Origin: Ostreococcus lucimarinus
Taxonomy: Eukaryota
Assembly (NCBI GenBank): GCA_000092065.1
Contig: CP000583.1
Length of the DNA stretch: 64,000 bases
Reading direction: 5' to 3' (one strand)
This document shows, piece by piece, positions 40,944 to 51,213 of the stretch. The number at the start of each line of letters is the position of its first letter. The first letter of the stretch is position 1. The position numbers were made by a program, and so were the translations under genes. A model generated the notes under the pieces. The model was not told the DNA's origin, ran no database searches, and saw only the letters and a program-made list of their open reading frames with translations.

Positions 40944-43112
40944 CTAAAGACGAGATTTAATTTTGGTGTCCAACGGACCCTGAGCGAGGGTGCGACCCTG
41001 AATGGCGCAGTTCTCTAAGTAAGGACACGGTTGGTACAGACCGCCGTACTTGGTGGACCAAGCGCGGAGCTTGGCGGCGATCACGGCGGGGCCGACGGAG
41101 TCGCCCCAGTGGACGACGCCGCCTCGAAAGGCAGGGAAGCCCATGCCTAAGATTGCCGCGGTGTCGATATCGCCAGCCTTGACGACGATGCCTTCGGAAA
41201 GAACTCTGCACGCTTCGTTGACGACCGGGAAAAAGATCATCTCAGCGATCTCTTGCGGACTCAAGCCCGCCGGAATGGGCGAACCGTCGAGCGGAAGTTT
41301 GGACTGCGCTCGGGACGCGGCGATGAGCATCTCGACACCCTCGGAATCAGGCGTGGCCCGGCGCTTATTGTCGTACTTGTAAAATCCAGCACCGGACTTC
41401 TCGCCCAATCTTTTGTTCGCGAGCAACGATGGGATGAGGGGCGAGCGGTAGACTCGATCGGGGAAATCGTCGATGAAGTTCTGCCCGACGTGAACGCCGA
41501 CATCGTGACCGACCAAATCACCCAAACGGAACGGACCCATGGGCATTCCAAACATCATTATCGCACGATCGATGGCGTACGGATCGCACCCAATATCCAC
41601 GAGCACCGTCGCGCTCATGGTGTACGGAAAGAAGATACGGTTGACGGCGAATCCGGTGCAGTTTCCCACGACGACAGGCGTCTTCTTAATTTGTTTACTC
41701 AAGCCCAAGGTGTCCACCAAAATCTGCGCCGGAGTCGCGTCGGTACGAATAATTTCGAACAGCTGCATGACATGAGCAGGTGAAAAGAAATGAGCACCCA
41801 CGATGCGCTCTGGGTTCTTCATTTTGGCGGCGATTTTTGTAATGTCGATGGTACTCGTGTTCGTGCTCAAGATGCAATCAGGCTTGCAAATCCTCTCCAA
41901 CTCACAGAAGATCTTTTGCTTGAGAGGTAAGTTTTCAATGACAGCCTCGATGACCATATCACACTGACGGAAATCTTGATCTGTGAGTGTAGGCTTGACG
42001 AGCGACATCAGCTGGCGCGCCTTGTCTTCAGTCATCCTGCCTTTACGAACCATGCTCGTCAAGTTTGATTGAATGCGACCGACGCCCGCGTCCAAAAACT
42101 CTTGCTTGATCTCTTTCAACACGACTTGAATTCCAGCGAGCAAGCACGCCGTGGCGATTCCACTCCCCATCAAACCGCCTCCGACGACGCCGACTGACTT
42201 CATCGGTCGAGGCTTAAGGCCGACGTCCGTGATTCCCGGAACTACGTTCGTCGCGCGCTGAGCGAAGAAGAAGTGAACCAAACCTTTCGCGGCAGGCGAT
42301 GATACAGCCTTTTTAAAGTTTTCTGCCTCGCGCTTCAGTCCCTCTTCAGGGCCTTGGGCGAGTCCGACCGAGATGGCATCGACGCAAAGCGCCACGTGCG
42401 GCATCACTGACTGCACTCGCTTGGCCTTCTTGCTCGCCTCCTTGAGAATCATCTCCGTAGACTTGGGATCTGGTAGTTTGTCTTTACGATACATCGAAAG
42501 CTCCCGCTTCACGGAGCCACTCGCGATCGCCTTCGCCAACGCCGACGCCTCGGCGACGATTCTTGACGGGTCCGCAATTTTGTCAACCAATCCAAGTTTC
42601 AGCGCCTCCTCCGCCTTGATCGACTTGCTCTTCAGCATCATCTCCAGGGACTTCTCCAAGCCCACCAACCGCGGCAGGCGTTGAGTGCCACCAAACCCAG
42701 GAATCACTCCCAACTGAAGCTCAGGCAACCCCAACTGCGCCCTCGGCGTCGCCACGCGCGCGTTGCACGACATCGCCACCTCCAATCCCCCTCCTAGAGC
42801 CAAGTTTTCGATCGCCGCCACGCACGGCTTACTTCCACCCTCCACGTATCGGCACAGAATCGCGTTAAAATCGCCCACGTCGTTCGACGGCTTCCCCTGG
42901 GTCGACTTTCTCAATTGCGTAATGTCGAAACCGCCGCTAAACTTTCCGCCCGCCCCGTGGATGACGATCGCGCGCACGTTCGAGTTTGCCTGCGCGTCCT
43001 TTACCGCGCGCTCGAGTCCCTCGAGTACCGGCACCGCCAGCGCGTTCACCGGGGGGTTATTCAGCTCGATCACCGCCACGCCGTCGTCGATTTTCGTCGT
43101 CACCGGGGACAT
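40944..43112 (-). CDS. Peroxisomal fatty-acid beta-oxidation multifunctional protein (enoyl-CoA hydratase/isomerase + 3-hydroxyacyl-CoA dehydrogenase), C-terminal PTS1 -SRL
   Basis: N-terminal crotonase fold (VAVIELNNPPVNAL...AIVIHGAGGKFSGGFDI) and central 3HCDH NAD-binding GVVGGGLMGSGIA. The 722-aa ORF ends ...KIKSRL*. Confidence 0.95.
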   Translation of the reverse strand: MSPVTTKIDDGVAVIELNNPPVNALAVPVLEGLERAVKDAQANSNVRAIVIHGAGGKFSGGFDITQLRKSTQGKPSNDVGDFNAILCRYVEGGSKPCVAAIENLALGGGLEVAMSCNARVATPRAQLGLPELQLGVIPGFGGTQRLPRLVGLEKSLEMMLKSKSIKAEEALKLGLVDKIADPSRIVAEASALAKAIASGSVKRELSMYRKDKLPDPKSTEMILKEASKKAKRVQSVMPHVALCVDAISVGLAQGPEEGLKREAENFKKAVSSPAAKGLVHFFFAQRATNVVPGITDVGLKPRPMKSVGVVGGGLMGSGIATACLLAGIQVVLKEIKQEFLDAGVGRIQSNLTSMVRKGRMTEDKARQLMSLVKPTLTDQDFRQCDMVIEAVIENLPLKQKIFCELERICKPDCILSTNTSTIDITKIAAKMKNPERIVGAHFFSPAHVMQLFEIIRTDATPAQILVDTLGLSKQIKKTPVVVGNCTGFAVNRIFFPYTMSATVLVDIGCDPYAIDRAIMMFGMPMGPFRLGDLVGHDVGVHVGQNFIDDFPDRVYRSPLIPSLLANKRLGEKSGAGFYKYDNKRRATPDSEGVEMLIAASRAQSKLPLDGSPIPAGLSPQEIAEMIFFPVVNEACRVLSEGIVVKAGDIDTAAILGMGFPAFRGGVVHWGDSVGPAVIAAKLRAWSTKYGGLYQPCPYLENCAIQGRTLAQGPLDTKIKSRL

Positions 43113-43447
43113 AATTCCAGGTTTCCGATTCGGTACGGATTATCGTCGACGCCGATCGCGCGCGGGCGCGTTCGAGGTCGCGCGTCGGTGTGAAGGCGCG
43201 AAAGGCGGTCACACTCGCGATCGGTCGTCGTCTGCGCGTCGCGAGGCGTCGAACGTCGTCGAGTGGCGGTGCTTCGACGGACGGCGACAGTTACGCAGTC
43301 ACGGCGTCGGCGACGCGACTGGCGACTGGAGCGACGGAACCGCGAGCGACGGAATGAGGGTAACAGCCTCGCGAACGGCGATATAATTTGAATTGAAACG
43401 GCGACGATTCGTCACGGGGCGATCGCGAATGAACTCTGAGGACGGAA

Positions 43448-45870
43448 TCACACGGCGAACGCGACCTTGGTCGCCGAAGCTGGCGCGGCGTCGGTCTGGT
43501 TGGGGTCCAACTCGGAATTCTTCTTTTTCAGCGCCGAGACGAGGTTCTTGTCGGAGAAAGACTGCATCGCTCGAGAATTATTTTGAACGGCTTCCACGGC
43601 GTATCGATCGCCGTCGATGAGACGGCGATCGAGGGCACGTCTCACGTAGAGCGTGACGCCGGAGACGAGTATCAGGCAGAGGGACACAATGGGGGAGACG
43701 TATCGCCACACTGCGACAAGAATCTCGATGAAGTCGATCGTTTCCTTGATTTCATCGTAAAACGCCTCGTCCATGTCGTACTCGAGGCTGGTCCAGGAGA
43801 TTGGAACGAGGGCTTCGTCACCGCTCGAGGCGCCGGACCAGAGCGTGGTGTAGAAAGTATCCGTCGGGTCAATTTTGAAGTTTTGTTGGATCGGAACTCG
43901 CATGCCCACGGTGTTACCGCTGCGCTCGTAAATCATGATCTCGATATCATGTATCGTGGCGTTCGGGGCGAACGGAGATGAAGAAGAGGTCGGATCGATG
44001 TACCCGCCGAAGACTCGGGGGTCGGCTCGATGACCGTGAGGAAGCGTGTACACACTCGGGATGAGCTCGAACCCGCTCACGTTGAACGTGCCGTGAAATT
44101 CCGTGTTGCGCCCACACGCAGTCTGATCTACTGGACAAGCCAAGAACTCTTCGTGCGCGATAGCGTACGTTTCGACAGAGACCTTGGAATTCTTCTTGAC
44201 CGTCTTGCCTTGCTGGTGTCGCAGCGTGAGGGAGCGTTTCAAATCTAATCCCATGCCAAAATCTGCCCAGGCAACGACATCAACTGAACTTCCGTGGATC
44301 TTAATAGCGTGATATTGTCCAGAAGCAATTGTTTTGCCTACGACGTTCTCGACATGCGACGTGTGAGGGTACGTGATTGGTCCCGCGGCGCCGTCAGAAC
44401 GGCGCAACACATTCGTCGCGTTCTCGGGCGAGTTCACGCCGGTTGCGATGCGATAGGGCGTAGATCCGTAGACATAAGCCCACGTAGAAGTATCATTCAC
44501 ACTCCACGGCACGTGATCGTCGTCGATCGTCGTCGCGTTGCGAATCTTTGTCACCGATCGAATGAGTCTTCTAGGATCGTTTGCCGCATACTGCGCGGAG
44601 ACGACGGGATCCTCGTATCCAAAAATCCACTCTCGAACGGTGCGTTTGATCAACATTCCGCTAGATTGTGGGCCAAGAGCGGGTCCAAGAGACGCTTGAA
44701 ACGCGTTCGCTCCGTAGGTCGACGAGATATGAGTCAGGTATCCTTTCCAAAGCTGCGCGTGAAGCGCCGAGATCGTAAACGTCGCCGCCAATGTCGTCGT
44801 GTCCATAGTCAGCATACCCACGGCTGTCATGCCCGTGGAATCGCCGACAACGGCCTGATACAGCGCACTCGACGTCGGCGAGCTTATCGCGACGACAGAA
44901 ACGGGCTGAGAAGCCTGAGTGGCGGCCCAAGATGCGTATTCAGGAACAGACGGGAAGCCGGTTAGAAACGCCGCCGGCACGCCCAAGGCAGCGAGTTGGG
45001 TCACCGATAGTCCCCCAAGAGGGCTCGCTGTGAAGATTTGTTCAACTGCAAGCGCCTGTAAAGCGGTAGGCCCTCCAAGAGCCGCCGCGACGAGGTTAGG
45101 AAACGCCGCCCCGAGCGTTGGGTCGTTCGCCATGGCGCCAAAAAGCTGAGTGATACCGCCGACCAACCCCGAGAGCGTTTGCGGGATTGCGGTGTACAGG
45201 ATGTTCGCTTCGCTCCCTGCCGTCTTCACCATGCCGATGTACGCCAAGTTGAAAGACACGATCTATGATGAAGAGTGAGAAGTTATGAAACTAAATGAAG
45301 CGCTCTAGTTAGTATACCTCGTCGTTCATTGAGCATCCGTCGCAAAAGTTTGCAGCGTCCATGTCCGCATAGAGCGTCGACACAAAGGATACTTCCGTGT
45401 CGTCGTTCGAAAAAGTAATATTCTGACGCTTGTTCACAGTGTTCGAAATAACGTACGGACCCACTTCCACGAGTGCCGGGGGATGAGTACCGGCGAGAAC
45501 TTGACTCGGGTTGGTGATGTTCCAGAAATAAATGCTCGCCTTGAGATTATTCTCGCATCTGGTGGTGCTGGTTACCCAGCACTTATCGCCCCGGTCAATC
45601 TTATAATCGGTGATCAAGCTCAGCGCAGGGACGTAGAGATACGCCAAACATAAGCTCGTGCCTAAAAATAACGTCGCACCGACTAAGACAGCCTGCAAAG
45701 TTGGTGTGAGCTCGCGTCGGCTGCGGTGAAGAAACACATGGCAAACTCACGTGACAGAAGAAATTTTTCCTGCTCGACTCCAAGCCACCGTACGTGCTGA
45801 GCACCTTGGTCGGCGCAGCACTCCGTTCATCGACCTCGATCGTGTCTAACGTGTCGTACTGGGTCGACAT
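43448..45870 (-). CDS. CD36 / scavenger receptor class B (LIMP-2) family protein, 3 exons on minus strand: 45751..45870, 45318..45692, 43448..45262
   Basis: Exon 1 MSTQYDTLDTIEVDERSAAPTKVLSTYGGLESSRKNFFCH ends at a GTGAGT donor. Exon 2 AVLVGATLFLGTSLCLAYLYVPALSLI (N-terminal TM) ...ASIYFWNITNPSQVLAGTHPPALVEVGPYVISNTVNKRQNITFSNDDTEVSF... matches CD36 sequence FWIFDVQNPQEV...GPYTY...DNTVSF. Exon 3 carries the large ectodomain and a C-terminal TM (IEILVAVWRYVSPIVSLCLILVSGVTLYV). The introns are short (58 and 55 nt) and AT-rich, unlike the others in the window. Confidence 0.8.
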
Positions 45871-45956
45871 CGCGGCGTGCACTGAGGTTGATATTCTATT
45901 CTTGGCTCGCGACGTCGTCAACAATCGCGTCTTTGTTTTGTTACAAATCATGTTCC

Positions 45957-46940
45957 CTAGTCCTGCTTATCGTGCTCATCGGGCGTCGCCCAGTACTGCG
46001 GGGTGTCCAAATCAGTCATCAATCCCCAGCCGTACATCAAAGTGATGAGAAGGCCCCAGAAGATGATCACCCCCATCACGAGCTGCGCCTGCGTCTCGCA
46101 CAGCGCGCCGCACTCGGGCGCCTCCGATTGCTCCAGCGCCAGCAGCGCGCGCCCCGTGGCGCCGTCCTCGACCTCACCGCACTCGAGCGCGCTCGCACCG
46201 GCTGATTCATAAAACACGCCTACGGCGGCGATACCCTCGCGCTCGACCGTCTCCAAATCGTTCGCGAACGCCTCGCCCGCGCCTCGCGCGTCGTCCCCGC
46301 ACGTCGCCACCACCGCTCGCAGCCTCCCTCCCGCGGCGCCCTCGCGCGCGTCCAAGTACGCGCGCAACGGATCACGCGCGTACACGATCGTCTCCATCCC
46401 ATCGACGCTCGCCAGCTCATCCTCGCACTCGACCGACGCGAAGACGCGCCGCGCCCCGTCGCTCTCCTCGATCGCCCGCCGCACCGCGTCCGCCCTCACC
46501 CGCGCGTTCGGCGCGAACGTCCCGCGACGCTTCCCATCGCCCTCGCCGCGCACCCGTCGCAGCGCGTCCCTTCGCGCGTCCCCATCGTCGCCGAACCGTC
46601 CTCGTCGAACGAGCGCGAGCTCGGCCTCGTCGTCCTCCTCGTCCTCGTCGCGCGTCCCGATCGCCGCCGACGTCCTCGCGCGCGCGCCGACCCCTCGATC
46701 GCGCGTCCGATCGCCGTCGCGCGCGCCGACGACCGCGACGACGCCGTCGTCCATCGCGCGCGCGTCGTACGTCGTCTCGAACGCGTCGCCTCGATCGTTC
46801 GCCCGCGCGCTCTTCGCGCGCGCCGTTCGCGCGCGCACGAGCGCGCCGTCGCTCGCGCGCGCCGCGAGCGCGACCGCGACGACGAGGACGACGAGCGTCG
46901 CGCGCGTCGGCGTCGCCGCGCGTCGCGCGCCGCGCGGCAT
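45957..46940 (-). CDS. Hypothetical type I membrane protein (signal peptide + C-terminal TM), low-complexity Asp/Arg/Gly-rich ectodomain
   Basis: N-terminal ATLVVLVVAVALAARASDGA and C-terminal LVMGVIIFWGLLITLMYGWGL hydrophobic helices. However, the middle is CG-rich with Arg/Asp/Gly-rich low complexity, so this could be partly spurious. Confidence 0.4.
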   Translation of the reverse strand: MPRGARRAATPTRATLVVLVVAVALAARASDGALVRARTARAKSARANDRGDAFETTYDARAMDDGVVAVVGARDGDRTRDRGVGARARTSAAIGTRDEDEEDDEAELALVRRGRFGDDGDARRDALRRVRGEGDGKRRGTFAPNARVRADAVRRAIEESDGARRVFASVECEDELASVDGMETIVYARDPLRAYLDAREGAAGGRLRAVVATCGDDARGAGEAFANDLETVEREGIAAVGVFYESAGASALECGEVEDGATGRALLALEQSEAPECGALCETQAQLVMGVIIFWGLLITLMYGWGLMTDLDTPQYWATPDEHDKQD

Positions 46941-46948
46941 GCCGCGCG

Positions 46949-48019
46949 ATGCGTCGCGATGTGACGATTTCGCGGCCGCAGACCCGCGCGCGCATGCGCG
47001 CCGCGCTCGGACCGCGCGCGCGCGTCGCCATGTCCGTCGAGCGCGCGCGCGCGGACGCGCGCTCGGACCGCGCGCGCGCGCGACCGCGCGCGACCGCGGA
47101 CGCGCTCGAGGACCTGCGCGTGCGATGCGCGCACTGCGACGCCGTCTTCGCGCCGCGCGCGCTCGAATACGGCGCCGACGCGCGACGATTCGCGAGCGAG
47201 ACGCTGCGAGACGCGTTCGACGCGCTCGAGCGGGACGAGGAGACGAACGGGTTCTTGCTGCGAGGGCGCGAGCGCGGCGACGCGGCGCACCGGGGGCTGG
47301 CGCGGGCGTGCGACGAGCTGAGGAAGACGATGTCGCTCACGGAGGCGAACGCGACGCTGGGGCGAGGGGCGATGCACGTGTTCTCGACGAAACAGGCGAG
47401 GGCGCTGCTGACGAGCGCGGGGGCGGTCGGGGAGGGAGAGGGAAGGTTGAGATGGTTTTTGGACGTCGGCGCGGGGTGCGGCGAGGTGACGGAGACGCTG
47501 GCGAAGAATTTTGAAAAGACGTGCGCGACGGAGAGCTCGCGAGGGATGGCGAAGCGATTGAGAGAGCGTGGATTTGATGTCGTGCTCGAGAGCGACACGA
47601 TCGAGGACGTCGTGGGGGACGTGCGGCGGCTGGGGGAGGATTTGGACGAGGACGGGTTCGACGTCGTCGCGGCGTTGAACCTGTGCGATCGAATCGACGC
47701 TCCGGTGACGCTCATGTCGCAGTTAAAGCGCGCGTTGAAACCCGGGACCGGGGTTTTGATATTAGCCATCGTCGTTCCGTTCCGTCCATTCGTCGAGGGC
47801 GCGGACGGGACGCGAACGAAACCCAGCGAAACCGTCGACGCGCCGAGCTCGGGATCGTGGGAGGCGGGCGTCGAGGCGCTGTGGGAAAATTTAATCGCTC
47901 CCGCGGGATTCGAGCTCATCAGGCTCGCCCGGGTGCCGTACATATCCGAGGGCGATCACCTCTTCGACGCGTACGTCCTGGACGACGCCGTGTTCGTGTT
48001 GAGGGCGCCGGCTCGATGA
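46949..48019 (+). CDS. METTL9/DREV-like SAM-dependent methyltransferase (start uncertain; internal Met candidates at ~47030)
   Basis: LLGRGAMHVFSTKQARALL motif and class I MTase motif I FLDVGAGCGEVTETLAKNFEKTCATESSRGMAKRLRERGFDVV. The N-terminal ~80 codons are Arg-rich. Confidence 0.6.
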   Translation: MRRDVTISRPQTRARMRAALGPRARVAMSVERARADARSDRARARPRATADALEDLRVRCAHCDAVFAPRALEYGADARRFASETLRDAFDALERDEETNGFLLRGRERGDAAHRGLARACDELRKTMSLTEANATLGRGAMHVFSTKQARALLTSAGAVGEGEGRLRWFLDVGAGCGEVTETLAKNFEKTCATESSRGMAKRLRERGFDVVLESDTIEDVVGDVRRLGEDLDEDGFDVVAALNLCDRIDAPVTLMSQLKRALKPGTGVLILAIVVPFRPFVEGADGTRTKPSETVDAPSSGSWEAGVEALWENLIAPAGFELIRLARVPYISEGDHLFDAYVLDDAVFVLRAPAR

Positions 48020-48115
48020 ACCGACGTCCCGAGCGCGCGAGCGGGACGCGCTGTAATTCAACGCTTCATTCCTAGCCTCCCCGCGCGCCCGCGCGCGCTT
48101 TCGCCGCGAGCGACG

Positions 48116-49586
48116 ATGTCGACGGCGTCCACGTCGTCGTCGTCGTCGACGTCGGCGCCGATGACGGCGAGCGAGATTCGCGCGCGCGTGCGACGCCAAA
48201 AAGTCGACCCGCGCGTGTCGCTGGACGTCTACTTCAGAACCGCCGAACACGTGCATCTACAGGTGCGCGCGCGCTCGCGACGCGCTCGCGACGCGCGCCG
48301 ACGGTAGAACTCTCGAGCGCGCGCGCGCGAAGCGCGAGCGACGACGGCGACGACGGGAAAAGGGGACGCTCGATTGGATTGGGACGCGGCGTCGGTTGAC
48401 CGAACGCGAGCGACGCGCGCTCGCGACGCGCGGAACGACGGCGCCGCGAGACTGACGGCTCGCGATGCGATGTGCGCTCGTCGCGATCGCGCAGGCAAAG
48501 ATTTATAGGAGCGAAGGAAACTTGCCGCAGCTGTACAGGCTGTTGTACGCGTACGCGTCGGTGGTGTTGGATACGATGGCGGAGCACGGCGACTGGGACG
48601 ACGTAAAGTACGCCGAGCGGGTGAAACGGGAGAAAACGAGGACGGAGGAGGCGTTAGCGGAGATGGAGTCATTGAAACCGGTGATCGATGCGGAGGCGGA
48701 GGCGTGGAGACGATCGGCACCGCGGCGCGGGGCGAAGTCGGCGGCGGTCGGAGCCGCCGCCGGCGCGTCGTCGTCGTCCACAAAGGGCGCGACCGGGGGG
48801 GATGGGGACACGAACAGGAACACGACGGTACCTAAAGCGAGCGGAGAGACGCTGACGAAGCACTCGATGTTCGACGGGCGTCTACCGAGTGCCACGGACA
48901 CGGCGACGGCGGCTCGAACGGCGGCGGCGAACCCGAGCGGAGCCGTCGTCGAAAAGAGTACCACCGCGCCCGCACCGAGCGTGGGGACGCGACAAGAAAA
49001 CGCAGCGAGACACGCCCACTCGCTGTTACCTCCGCCGCCACCGCCGCCTCCAGCGCTCGGGGATGGGGACTCCGCGGCGTTTTCGCAGAGCCTGATGCGC
49101 AACGCGGCGAGCGTGGATTTCCAACCCAAAGTCATCGTCCAGATTCCCACCACGGACGAGGCGGCCACGGACCACACGCGCTTAGACACCCGTCTAAAGC
49201 TGTACAACCTGCGCGAGAAAGTCGTCCGCGGCGACGGGAACTGCCAATTCCGCGCCGTCGCCGATCAACTCTTTCGCGACCAAGAGCGTCACGCCGAGTG
49301 TCGCGCCGTCGTCGTCGATCAACTCCGCCGCGCCTCCGAAGACTACGCTCCCTACGTTCCCGAAGATTTCGACGCGTACGTCGAATCCATGGCCAAGGAC
49401 ACCGCGTGGGGCGATCACATCACCCTTCAAGCCGCCGCCGACGCCTACGGCGTTCGCATGTGCGTCATATCCAGCTACCGGGACAACTTTCTCGTCGAGA
49501 TCACCCCCAAGACGGCGCGCAGCGCGCGCGTGTGTTGGATCTCCTTCTGGGCCGAGGTACACTACAACTCCGTGTACCCCGCGTAG
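48116..49586 (+). CDS. OTU-domain deubiquitinase-like protein, 2 exons: 48116..48262 and 48495..49586
   Basis: Exon 1 MSTASTSSSSSTSAPMTASEIRARVRRQKVDPRVSLDVYFRTAEHVHLQ ends at GTGCGCGCG. The 232-nt intron has branch site GCGAGACTGACGG and acceptor CGCGCAG. Exon 2 AKIYRSEGNLPQLYRLLYAYASVVLD... ends with the OTU catalytic core VVRGDGNCQFRAVADQLF...DTAWGDHITLQAAADAYGVRMCVISS...WAEVHYNSVYPA. Confidence 0.8.
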
Positions 49587-49679
49587 TCTCCCAGCCCTCG
49601 TCGCGCTCGGTCCCTCGTCGCCGCCGCCGCCGCGCCGAGTCCCTCGTATCCACCGTTCACGACTCACGACGAATGCTGT

Positions 49680-51119
49680 ATGGGTAAACAGTATGCTTCA
49701 CGCCACGGTGCCGAGGCCGTGTTCGACGTCACCGCGCGCGTCACATCGCGCGCCATGTCCGCGACGGCGTGCAAGTTTTACCTCGCCGGCGCGTGCCGGA
49801 ACGGCGCGTCGTGTCGATTCTCGCACGACGCCGACGCGAGCGCGAGCGCGAGCGCGCGCGCGTCGACGGAGACGCGCGAGCGATGCAAATTCGTCGACGC
49901 CCCCGGTGGGTGCACGTTCGGCGATCGATGCAAGTACGCGCACGGCGCGAGCGACGCCGGCGCGAGCGACGTCGCGAGGGCGTTCAGTCGCGTGACGCTC
50001 GCCACCGGGGCGGGACGCGGGATGTCGGCGAGCGCGACGGCGTTCGCGCCGGGAGGGACGCGGGGGAACGCGAACGCGAACGGCGCCGAATACGAACACG
50101 GCGAAGAGGAGGACGAAGATTGGGGATACGTGGACGAACACGGGAATTGGGTGTCGTTCGACGACGAGGGCGAGGGCGCGAGGGAGTTTTTGGCGGCGCA
50201 GTTGCCGGACGAGGACGAGCTGTTGGGACTGACGAGCGAGGGGCCGAGCGGGGCGGGCGACGACGCGTGGGGGTTCTTCGACGAGGGCGGGAATTGGGTG
50301 TCGCTCGAGGGAGAGGGACAGCGGTACCTACAAACGCAGGAAGATTTGGTGCGTTGAGGACGATGGGCGTCGACGAGGAAGAGGGAGCGATGACGAGGAG
50401 GATGTACACTACGCGCGACGAAGTATTCGCCGCGACTGAATTCCGACGATTGTAATTTGATTCACGCAAGCGCTAACGATTATGCATGAGTCTGACGGCT
50501 TGCGCGTTTTCATTCCTCGCAGGGCATCGGTCGGGAGGACTCGTTCGTCGACGACGGCGTCGACGAAAGCGCGGATGAGGACGCGGAAGCGGAGGACGCG
50601 GAAGTCGCGCGACTCGAGGCTTCGCAAAATTTAGAGTGCGTGGTGTGTTTGGAAGTCGTCGTCGAGAAACCTCGCTTCGCGGATCGACGATTCGGGCTGT
50701 TGAACGCGTGCGAGCACTGCTTTTGCCTGAATTGCATTCGCGGATGGCGTCAGGGAGGAACGCAGCGAGGGGCCGAAGCGAGCGCTTCGAGCAACGAACA
50801 AGCGCGCATGTGCCCGATTTGTAGGACGACTTCTCACTTCATTACGCCGACGACGTCGTGGCCGAGAAACGACGAAGAAAAGACACAGATGATCGACTCG
50901 TACCGAGAACGGATGGGCAAAATACCGTGCAAACATTTCGACGGCGGCGACGGCACGTGTCCGTTTGGAACTTCGTGTTTCTACGAACACAGATACCGCG
51001 CTACGGGCGAGTTGGAGAGCGCCGAAGTACGGAAAAGCACCGCTTCAGACGGGAGTTTGAACATCCTCACTCCGGTTCGATTGAGCGATTTCATCCAGAC
51101 GTCGAGAAGGTTTAGATAG
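49680..51119 (+). CDS. MKRN: Makorin-type E3 ligase (two CCCH zinc fingers + C3HC4 RING + C-terminal CCCH), 2 exons: 49680..50348 and 50523..51119
   Basis: CCCH fingers CKFYLAGACRNGASCRFSH and CKFVDAPGGCTFGDRCKYAH. Exon 1 ends ...QTQEDL at a GTGCGT donor. The intron has branch site GAGTCTGACGG and acceptor CCTCGCAG. Exon 2 GIGREDSF...ECVVCLEVVVEKPRFADRRFGLLNACEHCFCLNCIRGWR...MCPICR (RING) ...IPCKHFDGGDGTCPFGTSCFYEH (final CCCH). Confidence 0.85.
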
Positions 51120-51213
51120 ATAGCGAACGTAGAGTTGATAAATGAAAAATGTTTACAATGCGTGGCAACTCGTTCGATGGTGGGTCTAAGGGTCGCGATT
51201 TCTTCGATCGTGT

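Noticed and set aside
45263-45317. TACTAAC (the yeast branch consensus) immediately after the GTATAC donor of a CD36-gene intron.
   Set aside because: It lies 4 nt from the 5' splice site and cannot act as the branch point. A CTCAC/ATAAC-like site near the 3' end is more plausible.
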